Below, in pieces: positions 39,535-52,632 of a DNA stretch of 64,000 bases. Source of the stretch: Psilocybe cubensis (lineage: Eukaryota); the NCBI GenBank assembly GCA_017499595.2, contig CM039001.1, forward strand, positions 372,001 through 436,000. The letters are read 5' to 3'. A program made the translations under genes and the position numbers. The first letter of the stretch is position 1; every line of letters begins with the position of its first letter. Below the pieces are notes generated by a model. That model saw only the letters and a list, made by a program, of their open reading frames with translations. It was not told the origin of the DNA and did not search any database.

Positions 39535-40160
39535 TTTGTTTCTTACTCTACTCTTTCTCTATCTTTCATACATTCTTAATTTTATGCAATGTCTTCAGCC
39601 ATCCAAGCCTGAAGCTTGAAATTTGCCACACGTAACGATACCTCCGCCTTTCCTATATGCACCTCACAAATCCCGAATGCTCTCAAATGCTATCCCGTAA
39701 TAACTACCTGGAAAACTCAGGACTTTACATCTCGGTTGGTCGCGACCATTGTCTGCGTGGAAAACAGTGCGAAGTAGCCGCGGATCGAGCGCCGAGCATC
39801 AGAAACGGAAAAAGAAAAATTTTCAGAAGTGGCAACATTGACAATTGAATACCGCATATCCTAAATGTGAAAATCAGAAAGGTACTGACTGCCAAAAATG
39901 GCGAGCACACGAATGAGAAACATACCTGTCTCGACAGAATGTCCTCGTAGAAAATTGAAAATAAACCAAGAAAACATGCTTGACGTCTCTTATGGCACTC
40001 ATTTTTTCCATACCGGAGATCGAAAGGACGCGCGATGACAAAATGTGAACGTATCGATGTTTGCGGTCTGGTCGTTATGTGTGTCTGACACCATGTTCAC
40101 AGCGTTCATTCGGCTGCGATGTTATGTGAATTTTCACTAACCAAATTCCCCGTTTCCTGT

Positions 40161-41747
40161 TTATTTCGCGTTGGCGTAATCGCTGCCGGTGGTGGCGGAG
40201 GGCAAGGCGGGGTCGTTTGACATTATGTGGCGACTATCATCAGAGTTAAGCGATGTATTCCTTGTTTTGCCTTCCATGGACATGTCGGATGTGGTCTGCG
40301 GTACCCTAGTAGTGCTGGAACTATTTTGAGCTTCAACCATATGTTCATCGGAGGCAGTCTCGTCGCCTTCTTCCTCTTCGCTCTCTTCTTCCTCGCTTTC
40401 GTCACCTTCACTCGCTTCTTCTTCGTCGTCATCATTTTGTTCCCTTTCCTCTTCCGTTCCGTCCCCATCCTCGTTATCAGCTTCTTGATCTCCACCAGCC
40501 AGACCTTCTGCGCCGTCTTGCAAATCCTCCATTGAAAGACTTCCATATGCTTTATGCATTTCTTCTTGCCAGCCCTTAGGAATGTCCGGATTGAGCATCT
40601 GAGCTATGTGTTCCTGCACCAGCATTCCTAGATCAAATATAAAGGGCATATGACATGATCAAGAAAGTGTTTATCACAGGTAAAGTGAAAGACTAACCTA
40701 GTGCCAGAATGGCGGTACCATCGAACATCTTGTACATGTCCGTGTATAACTTCTCGTCTTGTCTGTATTGTATGCCTTTTCTTGATTTATCTTTCTCCGT
40801 TCCCTTTCCTTTCCCTTTGCCCTTGTCACTATTGGTACTCGCTTGTAGGTCATTTTCTTCGTCTCCAAGATCTTCATTGTCCCCTACGTTTTCATCCGTT
40901 TGTTCACCTTCGTCCTCATCCGATTCGTCGTCCGACGAAGAATCAAAATCCTCTGAATCTAATTCCGAGTCACTCCATTCTGAGGAGGAACCATGGTTTA
41001 CGCGTGCCTTCTGGACTCGCACTCGTCTTTCTCGTAGTAGTCGATTCCGACGCGTATGTCTTCGGCGCTTCTTCCGATACTTGCGTGAGCTATTAAGTAG
41101 CTGCCCTCGTTCTGTATAGAACTCGGCGGCATATCTGTGAATGAATTTGAGAAGTTCCTGACACATTTGGAGTATAAGCTGAAATTTCATGGAGTTTTGA
41201 AGGCTGCTAAACGTACTGGAGATGGGTCCGGAAGCTCTAATTTCGTTAGCTTTTGGCTAGAACCGGAGGCTTCAAATTCGGCGTCTACCTCAGTCGATGG
41301 GCTAGCTCGAGAACTAGACGCGTCGTACGTGCTCTTGAGATAATCAAAATCTGCAGCAAACCTCTGGCGTTTTAGTACATATGGGTTTGGCCGTTTCGAC
41401 TTTCGCTTTTTGCCTAGTTTGGGCCTGTCTTCTCTGTCTTCGTCTTCCTGAGCGTTGGATGCTTGCTCGTCGATCTCCGAGAACTCTTCTTCGTCAGAAC
41501 CATCCTCTTCTTCTTCTGGTTGCTCTTCTCCTTCTTGATCCTCTCGGTCTTTGACCCGTTTCCTATTCGTCGGAATCTTTGCTGTTCCTCCAACATCTCG
41601 TGCTATCCAAGTCTGGCGTGGACCCTGTACGGTGATTTTGGCAAGGTCTGGCCTGCGATTCGTGTCCTTTTGGTAGACACGCAGTCCATTGGGATGTAGC
41701 CTGAGATTTGATAGATCGTAAACCGTGCTTAGCCGAGGCTGTGTCAT
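40161..41747 (-). CDS. Acidic nuclear protein, Rrn10-like (RNA polymerase I upstream activation factor subunit)
   Basis: Three exons from MTQPRLSTVYDL. Conserved-looking blocks LPDPSP/ELLKFIHRYAAEFY and MYKMFDGTAILALG/MLVQEHI resemble the UAF_Rrn10 family pattern (LLK.IH.YA..FY ... D..AL.ALG.L..E), separated by acidic and basic tracts. Confidence 0.55.
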
Positions 41748-44700
41748 ATGTCCAGTGTCTTTCTCCAAAGAGCTTGCAAAAAACGAAGTCTCGAGCTCAG
41801 CTTCGTCGACGTCGTTCAACGCCAAGAATGACCGATGCCCGGTTATTCAAAGTTGTTGCTATTTGAGGAAACTTCACGTGATCTATGTCCCGGTCTTTTA
41901 GATGATGGCCGCCTCGGCTTGCTTCGCTACCGCCTCGACTCTGGATTGACAGTGGAGGAACGGAAAAATTATATCGAGTCGCGTAGATGCATCCCCGAGA
42001 TATTGTCTGAGAGTGAGGTGGGGTGCTAATGTACCTCCGATGGGTAAGACGGCATATGTGTGCACTGATTTTCCCATGATTTCTTCTAAATTTACAAACT
42101 TGAAAGGGCTTCGTGAACCTGTGTGTGTTTGTGATTAATCATAACGCACACCTAAAATTATTGGGCAACGATGGGACGGATAGGACAGTTATCCCCGCCA
42201 GACAGCCAGCCGACCCACCTAATTATTGCAAATATCGTTACTTTTTCCGAGATGCTTCTATTCTCCAGATTTCGTTTAGCAGAACGCGTTGCAGAACTCG
42301 TAATTTTCAGAGTCAGCGAGCCCTTGTGACTCGCATATACAGGTTCCGGGGGTGAGAACATGTTGGAGATGTGCCATTGAGGGTCACTGGGTTACTGACC
42401 TTTGATGGTTGCTCATAGCCTCGCATCCCATTGGAACGCGAGTACTACGCCTCGTGTGAGATATTGTGTTCTAGATAAGCCAGCTTGGATAGCTTTGTGG
42501 GGCATAACTTTAACCGAGAAAATCGGGGTCCAATTTCCTGTTTTTCTGATCAGCTGTCAAATAAGCGCGTGTAGAGGTTGTGGTGCTTTGAAGTACAACA
42601 TCAAGAACAAGACCCGCTCCCGGAAGTGCGATACCGTCTCACATACCTTCCGGCCTTTTTTTATTAGATAGCATTACTAACAGACGAGAAATCTGCATGA
42701 TGGAGTTACCGTATCGTATAGAGCATTGTAAAAATTAGAAAAAGAGAAGGATTTGATACTGAACTTGATAAATTCTTGAATTTCTGCACAAATTTAAAGC
42801 ATTGCTTACAATCGTGCTACGTAAGCCACGACTACGGTTGCCGCCTCAAACATGGTCTAACTTTCTTGCAGATCGTGGAATCTGAGTCCGTTTTTGTTAA
42901 TCGGGGTCCCTTCCTCGTGGCATAACTCTCCGTTACCTCTGTGACACCTTTTGTAGCTTTACAATCTCCGACACTGTACATGTTCTGCCGACCGCCGAGG
43001 ATATGAACAATCTAGTGCCATTACCGAAGTGTTACTGGCTGCTGGCACATGAGCCTGAACAAAATTGAAGTTGAAGTTAGAGTACCAGAATTATTCTATC
43101 AGTTTAATATGTAGAGCTGAGTTTGTATTATATACATTATGGGAGGTCAGAGTAGACGATTCAGACGCAGAGGTGATTCTGCTCATCAGAAGCGTGGGAA
43201 GACGCAGAATCGCCTCTGAATCGTTGAAGCGCCTCCGGAGCCGCTTCAATGATTCTGCATCTATGAATACAACAAGTTACAATGTCCAATTGAAAGAAGC
43301 CACTGGGCTGTTAGTATGGCTGTGTTTCTGCCATATTGGATAACGAGTCTGCTTTTCAGTTGCAGAGGTTACAAGTGAATTGACAAAATTAGTAGTCCTG
43401 GCTCATGCTGCTAAGGCGTAATCAACACTCACCTCCGTTTGTCAAGACTCAAAATTAAATATTCCGTGTCCGAGTCAAAGGTTTCCTCTTTTCCATCGTT
43501 CAACAATATGTCAAGGTTTCAATGTTTTTTTTCTTTTTGTTTCGTTGCCTAAGGGACGAGAGCAGCAGCTTCTGAGTATTCCACTTCCGATTTTTCATCT
43601 TCACAATGGTCTATATCTTCCTCAACTTCTCATGAGATGGCCCAAATCAAGAGTGGTGAAAACACTGTTATACACGCATAGACTCTCGAGGTCCTTGATT
43701 GACATGTTGAATCACTAAAAAGTTGCTTTTTTCAATTCGCTATTCAATTCCTGTCGCTTCCATGTCAAAAGCTTGCAAACAAGAAATTTAATGGTTATGA
43801 AAGAACATATAGTTTGTTACTTATAACTGTCTGTCTACAGTGGTCAACATACGTGCGTTCTTGAGGGGAGAACATGCCACCATTATCGTTCGAACCTGAC
43901 AGATAGAAATGGAAACGAACCCCCGAGTTTATCAGAACACGAGGCAGAAACAAGCAAAAACTTAAATTGAAGGGTGATCGGATTTCCATGTTGCTTGTAT
44001 CCTATGTCCAATTTCTGAGTCACATTCACACTTTCTGGTAAAGCACCGTTATATAATGTGAAAAATTTCTCGTAGTCCAATTATGACCAGTATATAATAC
44101 AACCTAATTAACTTACTTGTAAGCTGTGTAGAATAAGGGCCAAATTTTACAGCATAGGAATACGCTGGAAGACGGCGTTGTACACCACCGACTTAAACAA
44201 ACACACAAAATGCTCCATCTAAACGGGGACATGGCGGCATGCCTGTCTCAAGGTTGGAGGGTAGCCGATGGCAAGGGAGGTGTAATACGTGGTGACTTGA
44301 GGGTGTTGTACAGCATGATGAAAAATTGTACTCACTTGCTTTGGCCTGTATGCCAACCTGTTAGTGAACGAGGAGGTGGGGTAAGGACATTTCGGAGAAG
44401 CACCTCGAGGCTCGCTCACAAGATAGAGGTTGAAATTTGAAACTCCGACTTCCCCCGAGCCGGCCAACCACAGTCACACACAAGAGGGTCTGAACAGCAG
44501 TTCTACCTGGCGTGACAAACAGGAAAGTAACGCAGTGCCGGGACCCCCATCCACCGCTTCTTGATAGCGGAACAGTTGCCTTATGTAGACCATGTTTGAG
44601 GCGGAAACCGTACACGACCCTCGGCCAACTTACCAATAAACTATACTGCTATCAAAACAGAACTGAAATCAAAATAGCTGAAGCAAAGTTCCTCAAAGTT

Positions 44701-47144
44701 TTGATCACATTTCTGTCACAACATCAATCTTATCTATACCACTTGTTCATAGACTCACATTTGAACGGCCTGAGAGTCTTACCCTACTTACCATATACGC
44801 ACATGGATAAAATCACACTAGTCGCCTGACCACAGCTGTCAGATATTAGGGTTCCTGCTAGCCAATTACAGTCGACGACATTACGTTGGAAGAAGATGTA
44901 CGATCGGGTAGGCAGGATCTGCCACTTCGAGGCCTGCTGATCAGGTGCAATTCACTAGTAGTACCAGATTCGAAACTGCGGGGAATATATACTACATATC
45001 GAGAAAATTAGAACAAAGTGCCTCCGCGACCGAAATCGCGACAGGGTCAACCTCAAAGAAGTAAGTTACAGAGGGGCCTGTTGTCGCTTGCAATTGCAAT
45101 AGCTTGGAGTAGATGCCTATCGGCGCGTGATAATTCAATGACGGATGTATATTTTCATGCTTCTCTATGTATGTACTGTTAGTGTTAGTGTTGCCTGAGG
45201 ATTGTTGCGTACCACAGTTGTGGTAGAGATTCACGACGATGGATTGATTGTTCAGCCCAAATCCAACCGCATAGTTTGTCTTCCTTAACCGATATTTTTC
45301 AGCGCCATTTTGAAACAGGTTCACGGAGTGTATATTTCTCAGTTTGAAACGAACCCTGCATTGGAAGCTGAATTTGGGTGCCTCAGACGAATTGCAGTGA
45401 TATGACTTTGCGTGTAAACGCAAAACACGAGTCTAGTTGAAATAAAATATTTCCTAGATCTAAACGTAGACCGGTAGTTTTACTCCATATCCTTTTGGTC
45501 TTCTCGACAGATACGTATTCACTCGAAAAAAAAGTGCTTTACACGTTATCAGGAGAGGGTACAACGCCTAGCTCTCGGTTGGAACTTGAGCGTTGGGCTA
45601 ATAGTTACTGTGGCGCATCTCATCAAAATTGATGCCATTGATGTGAAAGATTTGACTTAACGAGTCTAATGTCCGGTAAAGTAAATAAAAATGACGCAAG
45701 GCATCTGTGGCAACGCGTCAATTTTGTGGGTATTAATCGACGCTGTCTAAGAATTGCTTAGGAACGCGAGTGGGGTTGGACATGGGACTGTATGTAAGGT
45801 GTCTACAATGTCCAGTTCACCGGTCCGCCTATGAGCCGTGTAAGTAATGGTGTTATCTTTACTTTGAAAGAGCGGGGTCGTGGAAATGTTTCCTAAAGAC
45901 ATCGCTTGCATCGTGTTCTTTTGTTTCCACTGCATAATACTTCAATCTACACGGCGGGACCTAAGACTGCGTCAAATCGGAGTCAACCAGACTGCTGCCG
46001 GTCGGAGTCTACGTTTTGCGGTTGACCGGAGTTTGTCACCGATTATTCCATATTTCCAAACTTGGGTATTACAAGAGAATAATATATGAAATTTCTGAAG
46101 TCTGGCTGAAACCGCGTCAATTCAAAGTTCTTTCCTTCAGTCTGACTTGAGTAAAGTCTGACTCCGGTTTTCCACATGAGCACCATCAAAATTGACATAT
46201 GTTTGGCAACATAGTGCCAAAGTTCGGAATTTATCGTGTGTTAACGGTTGTCATCCGACATCCATGTCCCTGTTCTTTTCTTTCTTTTGTTTGCCTCTCC
46301 GTGGCACCATCTTCGCCTGTCATACAGGCATTTTATACACGCTTTGTGCTGCGTGAAACCCGTGCATGTCAGAAAGATCTGACCTCCTGATTTGTGGGAG
46401 TGCGCTGAGCAGTGCAGGGTTTTTTTTGAAAACACCGGCTGGTCTGTGGCCTGATCTGTATTGTTTTGTCTCGTTGTCTCTTCGTCAAAAATAGGCTGAA
46501 ATGGTGAGTAGCTATATATTACAAAGATTATGATTTATGCTTAGACTGACACCGAGGTATGCTTTACAGTAATAATATTTCTGAGGAATACGATGACAGC
46601 AATGGGCGGGGTACTATCTGTGCAGAGTTCTTAGTTGGTATGTGTTACCGGTTTCTTCAGATGGCATGTCTGACTTTTCGGTTAGGAACAGTTGTCGAAA
46701 GCTTGAAAGGGAGAGTGGGTGGGTGGAGTGGGTGGTTGTGGGCTGTCAAGTCATTGGGTAACGTATCTCTATTCTGTCCATCTTTCCCTTTAATGTACAA
46801 CGTATATTGTATTCTGGATTCTCTACTCTGTAAAGTTGCCATTGAATTATACTATTTTGTACACCCAACACCGTCCGCAATTCTCAAAAAAAAAAACCAA
46901 TGCTTGAAAAGGAAATACCTGACTGAAGAAATTCACGGGTCTGCAGAGACGCTGAATATCCCTGGTTTGAAAACCGAAGTCTGCCGCATAGGACATGCGG
47001 TAAACCCATGACCACATGGGTCAACACCAAGTCACCCAGACTTGGAATTTCCAATGGGTAGCATTCCTGGGTTTGTCCCTAGTTTGCCTCCGGTTTGACC
47101 GCAGTCCCCGTGACTTAGTTCAGACCTCGACAACCGGACGGCTG

Positions 47145-47409
47145 TGTAACAAATCGTGGTCTAGAGTACGTCTGCTCTAGGGTCTAGAATCATAAGTTTA
47201 TAATATAAAGCATAATTGGCAAACTTACCAGAAGAGGATCGGACCTCTCATGACGATCCTACAAAGCCAAGGAATCAAAGGGACCACGGGACGCCTAAGG
47301 AACCCGACCTCAAGCGTTTTAGTCTCTTACGGCTCCGGGATCCCGCGTCTAGGCTTCCCTAGCAATCCACATCTGTGGATAGGCTACCTGGAGTAACGTG
47401 GTCTTGACA
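47145..47409 (-). mobile_element. Probable solo LTR (~265 bp)
   Basis: Bounded by TGTAAC...TTGACA (TG..CA termini with an imperfect inverted repeat). It has an internal AT-rich TTTATAATATAAAG tract and CGTGGTCT repeated near both ends. No target-site duplication was seen. Confidence 0.45.
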
Positions 47410-47906
47410 TTGACTAGTTAATATGTGATGGGGGACCAACTCGTGTAAAACTCGTGGCTGGATTGACAATGACAATCATGACCCTGAACTTCAAAGGGCC
47501 CCTCCCTGAAAAATAGCCTGTAACTCTAGATCCTGAAAATTTCAGAAATTAAAATTAAAATTTCATTCATTGTCAAACACGATCATATCAGATTTTACAC
47601 GCCTCGTGTGGTGTGTGTAAAGTTGTACAGGGTCGCGCTTATTTGTAAGTCGCGTCGCGACTCGCGACAACGCGCGTGCAAAAACGAAACACGAAATTTG
47701 ATGCGTTTATAATAGGAATTTCTATATTCGGAAATGATTGATAAGATTCGTCTCAACACGTGTGCACGCTGACAAGAAACGCGAAAATCTTCCAATACAC
47801 TGATTACAAGATTTCGCAGTACTTGAATTTGTTTTACCATTGACAATTCTACTAACTTTTTCCTATTCCTATTCATATTATCTCCCAACCGTTTGGGTTT
47901 GGTATC

Positions 47907-50898
47907 ATGGAGCAGCACCTCGAATTGATCGAGAAAGCTCTTCTAAGGGGTCAATGGGACACACAAATTCCAGAATCAAGCCATTCGAGCAGCGGTGCTG
48001 CCGTCACTCTATCAAAAATGACCGTGGAAGGTCGATTTCGGGACGTGCTCGTATCAGACACGGTGCGCGGGGTGTTTCAGTTTCAGCCGTTATCGGACGA
48101 CTACCTAGATCGCCCTCTACAAGACTACATCGATCTCTCGGTTACCTCTTCCACTGCTGCTGCTGGCAAAGATCAAGTCGAAGAAGAGCTAGCGCGCTTA
48201 GCGATTGCCGTAACTTGTTTGCACGCGTTCGTACAAGCCAACTGGACAGGCCCTGAACTCGACATCCATCCCCTCGAAGTACTAACGGCGGGCAACCCCG
48301 ATGATGCCTCGCGGTCATCATCATCATCATCATCACCATCGGCATGGACAGAAGACATACTCAGCAGCAAAGCGATCTCCGAGCTAGCATACGGCGGCGA
48401 GCCCGCATACCACCTCGCAAAAGCCCCCGCCTTCCTCCGGCTCGCCCAGCTCCTCATGAACCTGCCATACCAGCACATCGCGTCAATACACTGGTGGCGC
48501 CTCCGCGTGGAGCTCGTGCGCCAGCAGATTCTCGACGAGGCGGTGTCCGTCCCCGAGGACTACCACGCGCTTTTGTCGCCTCTGACGGCGAGTGTGGCGC
48601 GCGAGCCGGATCTCGCGGGGCGGTTGTACCTTGAGTTGGGGTTGCTCGACCACCTCCTCGCGCGCGACAAGAGTGCTGCAGAGTACTTTGTCAAGGCGGC
48701 GAGATCCACGGGGTTGGAGTATGAATTAACCGGGGCGTTAGGGAAGAGAACAAAGTTCCAAGTGACCGAACTCAGCCAGCTGGTTTTACTTGCCGAAAGT
48801 CGTTTGGACGCTTCCTCGGGAGAGGGAGAGGGTGGCGAGGCGCTAGCCACATCACCCACACTGTCAAGCGAACGCGAACACGAAAACGAAAATGGCCAAT
48901 CCGAGCGTACGAAAAATACCACAAACGTGCCAGAGACAATGGCGCTTAACGACGACACCCTGCTCGAGCAAACCCAATTCACATCTTCTCACCCAGCAGG
49001 CCCAAACTCGCGCCTGAGCCACATCGACCCGTCCGCACAACCACCGCTGCACCCATTGGACCAATGCATCCTCCTCTCGCTCTGCCTCAACGTCCGGAAC
49101 ACGTCCCCGTCACACGGGCTCACCGCCGAGCAGATGTCGCCGTACGTCGCGCGCGTCATCGCCCACCCGCGGAATTGGTCCGTCCACACCATGGCCCTGC
49201 TCCTCCGCTCGCGCCTCGAATCCACGCGTACACGCACCGTCGAGCGCTCGGCGCTGCAGCTCCAAGCGCTTATAGACCAGATGCCCACATCCGACTCGGC
49301 CGCGCCCGAGCGGCTGCGGTACTTCCACGAGTTCCCTTTGCCCAGTCGATGGGAGATGGAGAAGGAGCTCGCGGGGCGGTATCTCAGCATCGGCGTCGTG
49401 AAATCCGCGCTGGAGATCTACGAGCGGCTGGAGATGTGGGAGGAGGTGGTGCGATGCTACGGCGCGCTGGAGAGGCCGGATAAAGGGATCGCGATCGTGC
49501 GCGATCTGCTGGAGGGCAGGAAGCACGAGGCGGACGCGGTCATTTCGCAGGGCAAAGCCAGTACATCGCTCTCTATCAGGAAGACGCGGGATACAGCGCG
49601 CGAAGCGAAGCTGTGGTGTCTGCTAGGCGACCTCGACGCGCCGAACGCGGTCGCGCACTACTCGCGTGCGTGGGCGGTGTCGGGCGGGACGTCCGGGCGC
49701 GCGATGCGCTCGTTGGGCGGGTACCACTTCGCCCGCGCGGATTTTCGCGCGGCGATTACGTCCCTTAGGCGTGCGGTGAGGATTAACCCCCTTTTGACGC
49801 GCTCGTGGTTTATACTGGGGTGTGCGTGTATGCGCGTGGAGGAGTGGGAGGAGGCGAAGGAGGCGTTTGCGCGCTGTGTGGCGATTGATGAGGAGGATGG
49901 GGAGAGCTGGAATAATCTTGCGAGTATGTATCTCCGGATAGGGTATGATCCGCGTAAGCAGCGGAAGCGCGAGGTAGATGAGGAGGAGGAAGAGGAGGCT
50001 ACGGCTTCGCCGTCGACGCAGGTACGCATATGTAATTCCACCTCTAATTCTCACAAACTCAATTACAGTTACATTTGTACCGGGCCTTATCTAGACCACT
50101 AACAACAACGATGAGGTCGAAGGATCACAACAACCCGCCGCCTCATCCCAAACGCCCGCAATCCCATTCGAAAACAAACTCCTCGCGTTCCGCGCGCTCA
50201 AGCAGGGGCTGCGGTGCAGCTACGAGAACTGGCGGATGTGGTACAACTATATGGTCGTGGCGATGGACGTGGGCGAGCTGCAGGAGGCGTGTCGCGCGCT
50301 TGGGCGCGTTGTAGAGCAGACCGGGGACAGGGACAGGGCGGGTGCGCAGGTTGTTGACGAAGACGTGCTGGATAGGCTTGTGGATGCTGTCACGCGCGCG
50401 CCGGCTAAAGCGGACGATACCTCTGCGGGGGTGGACGACGGCGCGGGCGCGGGCGCGGGAGTGGGAGTGGTGCAGAACCCGAATGAGGGCCATGGGCTGT
50501 ACAAAAATGTCCTCAACCTCTTCGAGCGCACCCTCCTCCCGCGCCTTTCCTCCCCGCGCATATTCCGCGCGTATGCGCGGCTGATGTCGTGGCAGAGCCG
50601 GTGGGAGGAGACGATTAAAGCGTATTTGGACGCGTACCGGTGCAGTGTAGCTGGGGCTGGGGGTGGGACAATGGGAAATGGAAGCGGGGGAATGGACGGG
50701 GACGCGGAGAAGTGGCGCGAGGCGGTGGTGGAGGTTGAAGAGGTTGTGGATGTGTTGCGGAACTTTGGGCCGCGGGTGGGGGGTGGATACAAGTGGAAAT
50801 TGCAAGCGCGCAGTATTGTGCGGACGTTTATGGGGCGGACGCGCGAGTTTGAGGATGAGCCCGAGTGGGAGAGGTTGAAGGAATTGTTGGATGATTAG
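47907..50898 (+). CDS. EMW1: TPR repeat protein Emw1/TTC27
   Basis: LHAFVQANWTGP, LTGALGKRTKFQ, LNDDTLLE, NWSVHTMALLLRSRLESTRTRTVERSALQLQAL, SALEIYERLEMWE and TPR motifs (ESWNNLAS; YENWRMWYNY). One intron at about 50022-50094. Confidence 0.9.
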
Positions 50899-51279
50899 AT
50901 TTTTGGGCGGCGTGAGCAATACAGTAGGTCCAAAACGGCGAACGGTGACGCCGGGTCAGAGAATCGAGACTCGAGTTGAGTTGACTCGTTTCAAAAACAT
51001 GTGTTGTAAACAACCCCATTTACAGGGCGTCAAAAGGTAAAACGGAAAACGGGTGGGCAGAGATGGGGAGTGGGAGAAATGAATCAATCAGCTTTGTGAT
51101 TATCGAGGCGTGGATGTGATATAATATTTGAATTGAATTGAAAAGAAAGATATGCACATAAAGCGAACACTAGTCAGCGCATCGCACTGGTGGGTATTGG
51201 ATATCTGTACTTTGGAATGGTATATATTCGGTACCGGAAAAAAAGCAGATGTAAGCATTGACATTGAATATTGACATTG

Positions 51280-51591
51280 TGTTTAAATTTGGTGTTTAAA
51301 TTTGGTGTTTGAATTTGGTGTTTGAATTTGACTAAGGGAATAGGTTATACGAACAGTAACAGGGAACAGGGAACAGGGAACAGGGAACAAGGTAGGGAAC
51401 AGGGACGGGGACGGGGACGGGGACGGGGAACAAACGAGAGTTGTAAATTGTATCATGTATGCGATTGCGGACAAGCGGACAAGCGGACAGGTGACGAGTG
51501 AGTCAGATAGATAGATAGAGATAGTAGAGATCATCGATTGGCGATTGGCGATTGGCGATTGGCGATTGGCGATTGGCGAGTGGTGCAAAAC

Positions 51592-51638
<47 letters not shown>

Positions 51639-51730
51639 AGAGAGAGAGAGAGAGAAGAGGGGAATGGGAATATATGGATACAAAGATTTTCATGACAAGG
51701 AGTTGTAGTAGTAGTAGTAGTAGGAAATGA
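51280..51730. repeat. Microsatellite cluster
   Basis: (TTTGGTGTTTRAA)n, (GGGAACA)n/(GGGGAC)n at 51360-51430, (GATTGGC)n at about 51536-51578, (AG)n at about 51592-51657, and (TAG)n. Confidence 0.95.
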
Positions 51731-51882
51731 AATGGGATGGGATATCGATATATATGATGAGAACGGACGTGAATCTGAATGTGGAATGTGAAAGCGAAGG
51801 ATGAGAGTACCGGGGTCGTAAAAAAATGCGTGTGCGTGTCATCGTCGTCGCGGTGTTGTGGAGTGGGGACGCAGTAGGACTC

Positions 51883-52632
51883 CTACCAGCCCAAAGCGAG
51901 CGCCACGCGATTGAGAACGAGGCTGGTTGCGATCTCGGTGATGAGCGCCATGGCGTTCGGCTTGATGGTGAGGATCGCGTGGTAGTCTTTGTCGGGCTGG
52001 CTTACTTCCCAGGTCGCGAGCACCGTGCGGCCGTCTACGCACTGAGGTGAGATGAGATGGGTGGTTATTATTGGTATGAGCAGACGAGATGAGATGAGAT
52101 GGGATGGGATGAGACGAACCTCCATCCTATGCGAGCCGATCTTCCATTTGTAGTCTTTGCCATTCTGACAGCGAAAATATCTAGATCTAATGGCGAGGTG
52201 GTCAGCGACGAGCTTTGTGTAGTCGGAGGAGGACTGACAAGCTGCCCTCTCGTTTTCCCGGGCGCAGGAAGTAGTTCATGGGTATATGTATCTGGCCGCC
52301 GCCATAGACGATGTACCCCGAGGAGCTCTCTGGGCCGAAATAGAAGAAGGAGTTGTCGGGGCCCATGATGCTGGGGTGTAGTTGGGACCATGTGGATTCG
52401 CGGGTGAGACGGATGACTGGGTTGGGATTCCGAGCGACCTGTGGAAAAGAGATATAGGTGTGAAGGGACGGAGGAAAGTGAGTGTACCTCTTGGCTAGAG
52501 AAAGAGTGAGCAGCGATAAGCAGGGATAATAAGAGAGACTGACATGGTAAACGCAAGACGGCTCTCAGTGTCGACAAAGCGGTGGCTGAGGGGATCGTCG
52601 CCGTACTGGTAAAGCACAAAAGAGCCAGGCAT
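51883..52632 (-). CDS. Small basidiomycete protein, DUF6593-like
   Basis: MPGSFVLYQYGDDPLSHRFVDTESRLAFT/IQE (7-nt exon 52494-52488)/VARNPNPVIRLTRE...FFYFGPE.../SRYFRCQNGKDYKWKIGSHRME/CVDGRTVLATWE...ITEIATSLVLNRVALALGW*. The SR.F...G..YKW and hydrophobic C-terminal helix pattern is DUF6593-like. Confidence 0.7.

Noticed and set aside
41930-42930. Decayed tyrosinase-like gene (LTVEERKNYIES.RC near 41945; PFL/SWH near 42910)
   Set aside because: The matches are very short, need frameshifts and are spaced too far apart; not supportable without a search.
48142-50919. Long antisense and overlapping ORFs within EMW1 (also within the 28-32 kb gene, RPS12 and Nup188)
   Set aside because: These are expected shadows of GC-rich or codon-biased coding sequence and show no independent motifs.
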